This document shows positions 1 through 7,915 of a stretch of 64,000 nucleotides of DNA, piece by piece. The DNA is from an uncultured Hyphomicrobiales bacterium (lineage in GTDB: Bacteria > Pseudomonadota > Alphaproteobacteria > Reyranellales > JAQSWP01): positions 133,362 to 197,361 of the forward strand of contig CAYLYK010000002.1 of the NCBI GenBank assembly GCA_964388115.1, read 5' to 3'. The number at the start of each line of letters is the position of its first letter. Position 1 is the stretch's first letter. A model generated the notes under the pieces. That model saw only the letters and a program-made list of their open reading frames with translations, ran no database searches and had not been told where the DNA came from. The position numbers and the translations under genes were made by a program.

Positions 1-1527
1 CTGTTCACCCTGTGCTGGCAGCGTCAAGGCTCGGTATGGCAAACGTTGCGCGCGCGCGCCGACAGCAACGAAGCGCCATTCGTCGAAGCCTGGCGTCGAT
101 TGGCGGCGATCTTCGCCCGCGCCGACTTCATGCCGCCCTTCGAGTTCTACGGCGAATTGCTGGGCCGCGACGGCGGGCGGCTGAAGCTGTTGCAACGGCT
201 CGGGCCGGAAGCGGGCGATCCGATCGACGAATTCCTCGGCCTGGCGCTGGCACATCAGCGCAACAATGCGCCGTCGCTGCAATCCTTCCTGCATTGGCTG
301 GAAGCGGGCGAGCCCGTCATCAAGCGCGAGCTGGAGCAAAGCGCGCGCGATGAAGTGCGCATCATGACGGTGCACGGCGCCAAGGGATTGCAGGCGCCGA
401 TCGTCTATCTGCCCGACACCACCTTCGATCCGCTGCGCCGGCCCGAGCCGCTGGTGTCCGGCGGCGAAGCCGACAAGCTGCTGCTGGTCTGGCGCGGCGC
501 GGCGGCCGATAGCGACGAGAAAGCCGATGCCCTGCACGCCGAGCGCCAGGCGCGGCGGCGCGAGGAAGCCAACCGGCTGCTCTATGTGGCGCTGACGCGG
601 GCCAGCGACCGGCTGGTGATCTGCGGCGCCAAGGGACCGAAGGATATCCCGCAAAATTGCTGGTATCGGCTGGTGCAGCGCGCCTTCGAAAGCAAGGCGG
701 TCGATCTCGACTTCGACATTGGAGAGCAAACGGGCGAGCCGGTACCGACGCGCCTGCCTTTCACCTTGGGGTCCGAACTGATCGGCGATGAGGCGATCGC
801 CGGCGAGATGCTGCGGCTGGAAAATCCCGATCTGCTGCGCCCAAAGCCCCGCGCGCAAAGCCAGACGCTGCAGATCGAAAAACTGCCCGACTGGATCCAT
901 CGCCTGCCGAAGCCGGAAGAGATTCCACCGCGTCCGCTGGCGCCTTCGCGCAGTCCCGAAGATGCGGCGGCGGAAGCGACGGAGCCTGCCTCCATATCGC
1001 CGCTGCAGCCCGACGGCAGTGCCCGCTTCAAGCGCGGCCTGATCCTGCATCGCCTGCTGCAATATCTGCCCGACCTGCCGGTCGAGAAACGGCGCGACGC
1101 GGCTGCGCGCTATCTGGCACAGCCGGCATTGGAACTGGCTGACCCAATTCAGGTGCAGTGGCTGGATGAGTTGATGGCCGTCATGACAACGCCCGCCCAT
1201 GCGGAAGTCTTCGGCCCGCGTTCGCGCGCCGAGGTGCCGCTGACCGGCACGATCAAAGGCAAGGCTGGGCTTTATGTGGTCAGCGGCCAGGTCGACCGGC
1301 TGGTGATCGGCGCCGAGCGCATTGCCGTCATCGACTACAAGACCAACCGCCCGCCCCCCTTGCGGGTCGAGGATGTGGCCCCTCTCTACTTGCGCCAGAT
1401 GGCGGCCTACCGCGCCCTGCTGCGCCAGATCTGGCCCGGAAAACCCGTCGATTGCCTGCTTCTGTGGACCGATGGGGCGCGGCTGATGGCGCTACCCGAA
1501 GCCCTGCTGGAGTTGCATAACCCATAG
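1..1527 (+). CDS. addA: Double-strand break repair helicase/nuclease AddA, 5'-truncated by window edge
   Basis: Frame open from base 1; UvrD-type motifs MTVHGAKGLQAP and RLLYVALTRA; C-terminal nuclease GQVDRL...IDYKTN; upstream of trxA as usual in alphaproteobacteria. Confidence 0.92.
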   Translation: MFTLCWQRQGSVWQTLRARADSNEAPFVEAWRRLAAIFARADFMPPFEFYGELLGRDGGRLKLLQRLGPEAGDPIDEFLGLALAHQRNNAPSLQSFLHWLEAGEPVIKRELEQSARDEVRIMTVHGAKGLQAPIVYLPDTTFDPLRRPEPLVSGGEADKLLLVWRGAAADSDEKADALHAERQARRREEANRLLYVALTRASDRLVICGAKGPKDIPQNCWYRLVQRAFESKAVDLDFDIGEQTGEPVPTRLPFTLGSELIGDEAIAGEMLRLENPDLLRPKPRAQSQTLQIEKLPDWIHRLPKPEEIPPRPLAPSRSPEDAAAEATEPASISPLQPDGSARFKRGLILHRLLQYLPDLPVEKRRDAAARYLAQPALELADPIQVQWLDELMAVMTTPAHAEVFGPRSRAEVPLTGTIKGKAGLYVVSGQVDRLVIGAERIAVIDYKTNRPPPLRVEDVAPLYLRQMAAYRALLRQIWPGKPVDCLLLWTDGARLMALPEALLELHNP

Positions 1528-1560
1528 TCGAAACAAGGTTTCCCGCTAACCGTTGCGTGC

Positions 1561-1590
1561 CTTGACGCTCCCTGCCCCACTCCCTAGCTT
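1561..1590 (+). promoter_or_regulatory. Putative trxA promoter (sigma70- or RpoH-type)
   Basis: TTGACG(1562-1567)-N17-TAGCTT(1585-1590); also reads CTTG-N18-CCTAGCT. Confidence 0.5.
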
Positions 1591-1642
1591 TACGGTTCAA
1601 TTGGACTTTCCCACCCGGCCGATCCGGCCCCAGGAGTTACCC

Positions 1643-1963
1643 ATGGCAACGGAAAAAGCCACCGACCAGAGCTTCGATCAGGACGTGCTGAAGGCCAGCG
1701 GCCCGGTGCTCGTGGATTTCTGGGCCGAATGGTGCGGCCCCTGCAAGATGATCGGGCCGGTGCTCGAGGACGTCTCCACCGAGATGGCCGGCAAGCTCAA
1801 GGTTGTGAAGATCAACATCGACGAGAACCCGATGACGCCGTCGAAGTTCGGCATCCGCTCGATCCCGACCCTGATCATGTTCAAGGACGGCAAGCCTGCC
1901 GCCCAGAAAGTCGGCGCCGAGCCCAAGGCACGGCTGGTGCAGTGGATCCAGTCGGTGCTGTGA
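1643..1963 (+). CDS. trxA: Thioredoxin
   Basis: WAEWCGPC active site; AGGAG before ATG at 1643 (ORF-track start 1553 is too far upstream). Confidence 0.97.
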   Translation: MATEKATDQSFDQDVLKASGPVLVDFWAEWCGPCKMIGPVLEDVSTEMAGKLKVVKINIDENPMTPSKFGIRSIPTLIMFKDGKPAAQKVGAEPKARLVQWIQSVL

Positions 1964-2010
1964 TCCGTCGCCGGATTTGAAACCAAAGCCCGCTTCGGCG
2001 GGCTTTTTTC
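1864..2010 (+). repeat. Direct repeat copy 1: trxA 3' end plus terminator
   Basis: 1864-1963 aligns to 3091-3190 at offset 1227; downstream ccggatttgaaa...terminator also similar. Confidence 0.95.
1986..2010 (+). terminator. Intrinsic terminator of trxA
   Basis: aaagcccgc-ttcg-gcgggcttt followed by T run. Confidence 0.9.
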
Positions 2011-2079
2011 TGCCCATACCCTTGGCAGGAGAAAATCGCCGACACTAAAATTACGGCGTGTCTTCGTTGGGGGCAAATA

Positions 2080-3090
2080 ATGCAAACGAAATTGTGGGCG
2101 GCGTTTGCCGCAGGCATTGTCGTGTCTTTTTGCGCCGATGTCGCGCAGGCACAACGCAGTTCGACCTTCGAGGAAAAGCTCGAATACAATTTTGACCCGG
2201 CCCGCAGCCACGATATTGCGGGGATAATCGGGATCACGTCGCCGGAACAGTGCCGGGCAAAATGCGTCGCTGACAACCGCTGCCGCTACTGGAATTGGAC
2301 AGAGCTTGGGGTTAATGGGCAGATCGATCCGAAAATTCATGCCAATTGCATCCTGTTGCGCGCGACGACAGGCGCCGTGCGGGGCAAGGAATATGGATAT
2401 CGCTACGTAGGCGGGGCTATCAACAATCAACCATCGACCGCCGGCAACCAGTCAGCCCCAGCCGGAACGCAACCCAATCTCAGCATGCCGAAGCAGGGGC
2501 AGCCTGGCTGGACAGCGGACAGCCGCACGGGCTGCAAAGTGTGGAATGCAAACCCAGAGCCGAACGACATCGTTACGTGGAGCGGGAGTTGCGTTAATGG
2601 CTTCGCCAGCGGCCGCGGCGTAGCGCAGTTCTTCCAGATGGGAAAGCCGGTAGAAAAAACCGAAGGTGAATATCGCAATGGCAAACGCCATGGGCATGCC
2701 ATCTTAAGTTTCCCCGACGGTTCTAGCTACGATGGCCAATGGCAAGACGACAAATTTAACGGATGGGGCGTCGCCAAATACACCGATGGCATGCGCTATG
2801 AGGGGGAATTTCGCAACGACAAAAGGCACGGACAGGGTATCGCTGAATATCCCGATGGCATCACCTACCAGGGGGAATTTCGCAACAACAGAAGGCATGG
2901 TCGCGGCACCATGATCTATCCTGAAGGCGGCCGTTTCGATGGCCAATGGAACGACGACAAACCGAGCGGCCCCGGGACCCTTGTGACAGCCGATGGCCAG
3001 ATTTTCTCAGGCCATTGGTCGAATGGATGTTTGAGCCAAGGCGAGAAGAATGTCGCGATCGCCACGACCAACCAGGAATGCGGGTTTTGA
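2080..3090 (+). CDS. Secreted protein: signal peptide, PAN/Apple-like Cys domain, MORN repeats
   Basis: Hydrophobic N-terminus ending AQA; EQCRAKC...CRYWNW...C pattern; 5-6 tandem 23-aa MORN units ([14 protein letters not shown]). Confidence 0.85.
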   Translation: MQTKLWAAFAAGIVVSFCADVAQAQRSSTFEEKLEYNFDPARSHDIAGIIGITSPEQCRAKCVADNRCRYWNWTELGVNGQIDPKIHANCILLRATTGAVRGKEYGYRYVGGAINNQPSTAGNQSAPAGTQPNLSMPKQGQPGWTADSRTGCKVWNANPEPNDIVTWSGSCVNGFASGRGVAQFFQMGKPVEKTEGEYRNGKRHGHAILSFPDGSSYDGQWQDDKFNGWGVAKYTDGMRYEGEFRNDKRHGQGIAEYPDGITYQGEFRNNRRHGRGTMIYPEGGRFDGQWNDDKPSGPGTLVTADGQIFSGHWSNGCLSQGEKNVAIATTNQECGF

Positions 3091-3190
3091 CCCCACCCTG
3101 ATCATGTTCAAGGACGGCAAGCCCGCCGCGCAGAAATTCGGCGCCGAGCCCAAGGCGCGGCTGGTGCAGTGGATCCAGTCGGTGCTGTAG
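3091..3190 (+). pseudogene. trxA: Promoterless duplicated 3' fragment of trxA (direct repeat copy 2)
   Basis: Reads [32 protein letters not shown], versus QKV in trxA; begins at the first base after the MORN-gene stop. Confidence 0.93.
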
Positions 3191-3209
3191 TTTCCAGTAT
3201 CCGGAATTG

Positions 3210-3237
3210 AAAAGGCCCGCTTCGGCGGGCCTTTTTC
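3210..3237. terminator. Bidirectional intrinsic terminator, homologous to 1986-2010
   Basis: aaaggcccgc-ttcg-gcgggccttt with A/T runs on both sides. Confidence 0.9.
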
Positions 3238-3238
3238 T

Positions 3239-4276
3239 TTAGCGCTGCGACGAGGGTGTCTCACGAGGCAGCGGCACCGCGGCCGGGCGCGGCGGCGCGA
3301 CAGGCTGCGACGCTGGCGCAACGCCCGTGCTGGACTTGAAGCAATTCTCTACCGCCGCAATGGCAGGTCCGACGCCGTCGAGGCTGAACTTGAGCTGCTG
3401 GTTGTCCGCATTCACGATCAACTCGCGGCCGGTGCGCAATTCGCCAATGGCGGGCGCTGTATTGTCGATATCGAAAATCGTCATCCGTTCCGTGAACTGC
3501 TCGGCGACGCCGCTTCGCGCCGGCCGGCCGTCGACGCTGTAGCGAAATTCGAACTTGCGGCCGGCCGACTTGCCGCTGCGGTCGTCGACATAGGACATGA
3601 CCCAGTTGCCACCGGCGGTGAGATAGAAGGCATGGATGCTGCCGCTGCCGACCTTCTGCGACATCGAACAGGATTTGAACTGGCCGCCGTCCTCGCGATA
3701 CAGCTCCACCGCCCAGTTGCCGACGTAGCTTCGCCCATCCGAGGTGCCCGTCTTTTGCTGATCGACCGGCTTGGCGACGGCCCCGCCTGCGCCCGACTTC
3801 CCTGCCGTCACGCAGTTGCGCATTTCGCGCACCGCGGCATCCAGTTGCGGCAGATCGATACGGAAGGCCTCGGATCCGATGGTCATCTCGATAAAGCGCG
3901 CGCCTTGCAATTCCTTGCTGACTTCCGTATTGCCGCCGAGCTCGAATATGAGCGAGCCCTGCGAGACGTTGGCCGTCTCTTGGCGGCGCGGCTGCTGATC
4001 GAACCGCCATGAGACGTCAATCACCTTCGTATTGGGCCAGCGATTGGGCCCGATCGAATGCACCGTCGCATACCATTCGTCATCGATGTCGTAGGAAAGC
4101 CCAAACACCACCGGCCCGTTGGTTCTGTGTACGCCGATGCAACCGGTGAACTCCTTGGCCGTACCGAGCCTGACCGGCTGCACCTGCCAATCGCCGATGG
4201 CTTTCGTTTGCGCTTGAGCAACGCCGATCGAAAGCAGACCCATCAGCAGGGTGAACGAAATGAAAAGCCGCATCAT
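3239..4276 (-). CDS. Secreted hypothetical protein with two tandem ~130-aa domains (paralog 1)
   Basis: Signal peptide ending AQA; each domain starts GxW...F..C and ends NC; Pro-rich tail ending ETPSSQR. Confidence 0.8.
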   Translation of the reverse strand: MMRLFISFTLLMGLLSIGVAQAQTKAIGDWQVQPVRLGTAKEFTGCIGVHRTNGPVVFGLSYDIDDEWYATVHSIGPNRWPNTKVIDVSWRFDQQPRRQETANVSQGSLIFELGGNTEVSKELQGARFIEMTIGSEAFRIDLPQLDAAVREMRNCVTAGKSGAGGAVAKPVDQQKTGTSDGRSYVGNWAVELYREDGGQFKSCSMSQKVGSGSIHAFYLTAGGNWVMSYVDDRSGKSAGRKFEFRYSVDGRPARSGVAEQFTERMTIFDIDNTAPAIGELRTGRELIVNADNQQLKFSLDGVGPAIAAVENCFKSSTGVAPASQPVAPPRPAAVPLPRETPSSQR

Positions 4277-4286
4277 GGCAACTGTC

Positions 4287-5324
4287 CTAGCGTTGTGATG
4301 ACGGCGTTTCCACCGGCAACAGCAACGGCGCCAGCGATTGCGACGTTGGCCTGGGCGGCGCGGGGTGGGATGCGGCGTTGTTGCCCGTGGCGGCCTTGAA
4401 GCAATTCTCCACCGCCGTGATCGCAGGGCCGGCGCCTTCGAGATCGATAATCGCCTCTCTGTTGTCGATCACAATGACCAGCCGACGCCCTTGGCGAAGT
4501 TCGTCTATCGCCTGCCGCGTATCGCCAATATCGAAATCGGTGGTCTTCGCGGTCAGGTTCCTGGCCTGGCCGCTGCGTCGGGGCAAGCCATCAACGCCAT
4601 AGTCGTAGCGAAAAACGCGATCGACAGGGTTGCTCGCCTGCTTGTCGCTTACAGACATCGACCAGCCGCCCGTATAATCCAGAATCAGACCATGCGTCAC
4701 ATCCTGCCGCACCGTTTGCCTGGCCTCACAGAAGCCGAATTGTCCGCCCTTGTCGCGATAGATTTCGACCGTCCAGCGGCCGACAAAGACCTTATCCTCG
4801 AAGGTTCCGGTTTTCGGCAGCACGCCCGATCCGGGCGGCGCGGCCGGCGCCAAGGCCTTCTGGGTCGCAGCGCAGTTTTGCAACTCGCGTACGACCGACT
4901 CGATCTGAGTCAGGGCAACCTCATGCGCGACCTTTACCACCGTGACGTTAATCGCGCGGGCGGAGGCGAACTCCCGCACAGCTTCCGGGCCGATGCCGAG
5001 CCAGAACATCATGCCGTTCGATTTCGGCTCAGTGGTCGCCTGCCGACGGGCCTGATTGTCGAACTGCCAGGAGAGGTCCACGCGCCTGCCGTCGGGCCAG
5101 CGATTTTTCTCGCTTGCCAGCAACATGCCGTGCCACTGGTCCTGATTGTCGAGGACGAGGCCGAAATCCACCGGCAGCTTTGTCCGTTGAATGGCGCGGC
5201 AGGCCATGAATTCGTTGTCGGGCGTGCGGAAGGATTTCAGCTCCCAATCGCCAATCTTTTGCGTTTGCGCCAAAGCTGACGTGGTTGCAAGGAGAACGAG
5301 CAACACAAAGAACGGGCGAATCAT
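4287..5324 (-). CDS. Secreted hypothetical protein with two tandem domains (paralog 2)
   Basis: ATG at 5324 (MIRPFFVLL signal peptide); same 345-aa length, domain layout and ETPSSQR end as paralog 1. Confidence 0.8.
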   Translation of the reverse strand: MIRPFFVLLVLLATTSALAQTQKIGDWELKSFRTPDNEFMACRAIQRTKLPVDFGLVLDNQDQWHGMLLASEKNRWPDGRRVDLSWQFDNQARRQATTEPKSNGMMFWLGIGPEAVREFASARAINVTVVKVAHEVALTQIESVVRELQNCAATQKALAPAAPPGSGVLPKTGTFEDKVFVGRWTVEIYRDKGGQFGFCEARQTVRQDVTHGLILDYTGGWSMSVSDKQASNPVDRVFRYDYGVDGLPRRSGQARNLTAKTTDFDIGDTRQAIDELRQGRRLVIVIDNREAIIDLEGAGPAITAVENCFKAATGNNAASHPAPPRPTSQSLAPLLLPVETPSSQR

Positions 5325-5370
5325 GCGTATAGTTTCGCCACCCTCGCGCGCAATGTCAAAGCCTGTCCCG

Positions 5371-6819
5371 TCAATATCCCGCCGGCGGCGCGAAGCCCTG
5401 GTATTCCTTTTCCAGCATGGAAGCGAAAGCGATGGCCGAGCGATCGCCCATGGCGGGCGCCACGATCTGCACGCCGATCGGCAGGCCTTCCTTGCTGAAG
5501 CCGATGGGCGCCACCGTGCCGGGCAGGAAGGCGACGCCGGGATAGCCGGCCCAGAAAAGCTGGTCCGTCGTCGGCACTTTGCGGCCGTCGACCACGATGG
5601 TGCGCTCGTGCCGCTCGCCCTGCTGGTCATGCGGATAGGCCGCTGAAGCTGCCGCCGGCATCAGCAGGAAATCGTACTCCTCGAAGAAGGCCGCCCATTT
5701 CAGCCGCATCTTCATGCGCTTCTCGTTCATCGCCAGCCAGTCGCGATGGCTGAGCACGTTGGCGCGCGTCATCTGCGCGAAATAGGATTTGTCGGTCGGC
5801 TTCAGCGTCTTCGCGATTTCTTGGTTCTTGGCATAGGCCTCATTAGTCTGCCGTCCGGAAGTCGCCGCGCGCAGCAGGGCAATGTAGACGTCCATCGCCT
5901 CGTCGGTATCGATGTCGGGTTTGGCGCCCTGCACGATCTTGACCTTCTTCTTGCCCAGAAAATCGGCCAGCGCCTGCAAGCGGCCCTGCACCTCGGCATC
6001 GACGGCGGAATTGCGGTCCTCCAGCATCACGCCAATCCTGAACTGCTTCCATTCGCTTTTCTTCGGTTTCGGCAACTCAAGCTTCCAGCCAGCCCCATCG
6101 ATCGCGTCCGGTCCCGACATCGCCGACAGCGCGATGTCGAGATCGGCAGCCGAGCGCGCCAGCGGCCCGATCACCGAGATATCGCCCGGCGCCACGCGAC
6201 CGGGCAGCGCATGACCGCGCGGCGCGCAAATGCCCCAGGTCGGCTTGTGGCCGTAAACGCCGCAATAATGTGCCGGGTTGCGGATCGAGGCGCCGATATC
6301 GGAGCCGGCTTCGATACCCGACAATCCGGCCGCCAGCGCCGCCGCCGAGCCGCCGGACGAACCACCGGGCACGCGCGTGACGTCCCACGGGTTGTTGGTG
6401 GTGCCGTAGATGGCATTGAAGCTCTGCCAGTCGGCCAGCATGAGCGGCACATTGGTCTTGCCGAACAGCACCACGCCGGCCGCCTTCAGCCGTTTCACCG
6501 GCAGCGAATCCTCCTTGGCGATATTGTCCTTCAAGGTCGGATCGCCCCAGGTGGTTGGCGCACCGGCAATGTCGTAGCTTTCCTTGATGGTCATCGGCAC
6601 GCCATGCAGCGGTCCCCAGAACTCGCCCTTCTTGGCGGCGCGATCGGCGGCCTTGGCGCGTTTGCGCGCGCCGTCGACATCCATCCAGATCACGGCATTG
6701 AGTTTGGGATTGAAGCGGGCGATGCGTTCGAGATAGTGGTCGAGCATATCCAGGCTCGAGAGCTTGCCGCGGCGGATCATTCCCGCCAGTTCGCGCGCCG
6801 ATTTGAAAGCGATGTCCAT
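5371..6819 (-). CDS. Amidase signature family protein
   Basis: GPLHGVPMTIKES, GGSSGGSAAALAAG, GSDIGASIRNPA motifs; start at MDIAFKS. Confidence 0.92.
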   Translation of the reverse strand: MDIAFKSARELAGMIRRGKLSSLDMLDHYLERIARFNPKLNAVIWMDVDGARKRAKAADRAAKKGEFWGPLHGVPMTIKESYDIAGAPTTWGDPTLKDNIAKEDSLPVKRLKAAGVVLFGKTNVPLMLADWQSFNAIYGTTNNPWDVTRVPGGSSGGSAAALAAGLSGIEAGSDIGASIRNPAHYCGVYGHKPTWGICAPRGHALPGRVAPGDISVIGPLARSAADLDIALSAMSGPDAIDGAGWKLELPKPKKSEWKQFRIGVMLEDRNSAVDAEVQGRLQALADFLGKKKVKIVQGAKPDIDTDEAMDVYIALLRAATSGRQTNEAYAKNQEIAKTLKPTDKSYFAQMTRANVLSHRDWLAMNEKRMKMRLKWAAFFEEYDFLLMPAAASAAYPHDQQGERHERTIVVDGRKVPTTDQLFWAGYPGVAFLPGTVAPIGFSKEGLPIGVQIVAPAMGDRSAIAFASMLEKEYQGFAPPAGY

Positions 6820-6898
6820 TTTCGTCCCCTGTTGCCTGGCGAGGACGATAGCAGAGCGGTTAGGGGGGAGATAAACTGGATTATTGGGGGAGATACTC

Positions 6899-7915
6899 AT
6901 GATCCGCACATTATGGCTCGCGGCTGTCATCGTTGTTGGACTTGCATCGAATGCCGATTTCGCATGTGCGCAACGCAGCTCGACCTTGGACAACGGGTTC
7001 ATTTTCACCGACGTTGACGGCGCTTATATCGACACCATCCACGTGCCGTCGGCCGAACAGTGCCGCGCTGCCTGCTTGGGTATGGCGCAGTGCCAGGCTT
7101 GGACGTGGAGCGGCAGCAAATGGGGCAATGGCTGCGCCCGCTACAAGACCAGCCAACTTAAGCGCGAAGCCAGTCCTTTCTTCGTCAGCGGAACGGTGTC
7201 GGCAGCCGGCGCAGCACCGGCGGCGCAGTCCTTCCCGTTTCCGCAAACGCCGATGACCCTGATCTTCCGCGTACCGCCGCTGAACGATCCCACGTTCGAC
7301 CGGTATGCCAGCTTCAAATTCACTCTAGTCGAAGGCGATGTAACCAGTGTGCTCCTTCGCGCCTGGGAAGGTCCGCTGAGCATGTTCGACACCGCCACCG
7401 GAAATGATAAGTACGTCAAACAAACATTCGATGAGGCAGTTGGCGACATCGACAACACCAGTTGCTCGATCTCCGCCACGCCCGCACAGATGCGCGCTAT
7501 CTACGTCGGGGCCAAGCTCAACTATACCCGCACCTGCACCAGCTACCACCGAGACGGCGGAATTGGTGAAACTGTCAGTGAGATCGAACGCGTGGTGTTG
7601 CGGACGGAAAAGATCACGGTGCCGATCGGGACGTTCGACGCTTTTGTCGTACGCAAGACCACGCGCTCGCGCTCGCGCTCGCGGATCACGACACCCGAAG
7701 GCGGCATCGATCTGGAAGCAAGCGAGAACGAGAATACGCGCTGGTGGGTGCCGGTGCTGGGCTTCTATGTGCGCGAAACCAGCCGCGCACGCGTTGTCGA
7801 TCGTGTCTTCTCGTCATCGACCATCGAAGCGTATCGCCAGAATGGCTGGGCCTTGCCGCCGAAATCGACTCCTTGGCATGAAGGCGCCACCATGAACGCC
7901 GTGATCAAACGCTAG
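6899..7915 (+). CDS. Secreted protein: signal peptide, PAN/Apple-like domain, unknown beta-rich C-terminal domain
   Basis: 24-aa signal then QRSST; EQCRAAC...CQAWTW...C pattern homologous to 2080-3090 N-terminus. Confidence 0.75.
   Translation: MIRTLWLAAVIVVGLASNADFACAQRSSTLDNGFIFTDVDGAYIDTIHVPSAEQCRAACLGMAQCQAWTWSGSKWGNGCARYKTSQLKREASPFFVSGTVSAAGAAPAAQSFPFPQTPMTLIFRVPPLNDPTFDRYASFKFTLVEGDVTSVLLRAWEGPLSMFDTATGNDKYVKQTFDEAVGDIDNTSCSISATPAQMRAIYVGAKLNYTRTCTSYHRDGGIGETVSEIERVVLRTEKITVPIGTFDAFVVRKTTRSRSRSRITTPEGGIDLEASENENTRWWVPVLGFYVRETSRARVVDRVFSSSTIEAYRQNGWALPPKSTPWHEGATMNAVIKR

Noticed and set aside
2660-3025. 69-nt periodicity in the MORN gene
   Set aside because: Protein-level MORN repeats, not a CRISPR array or DNA repeat element; no identical repeats with unique spacers and no cas genes.
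2152-4310. QRSST at the mature N-terminus of PAN proteins resembles a scrambled or reversed ETPSSQR of the neighbouring paralogs
   Set aside because: Short, low-complexity similarity with no mechanistic basis; likely coincidence.
6820-6898. Looked for a duplicated folC 3' end upstream of the second PAN gene, by analogy with trxA
   Set aside because: Only a 6-nt match (ggcgag); no convincing repeat.
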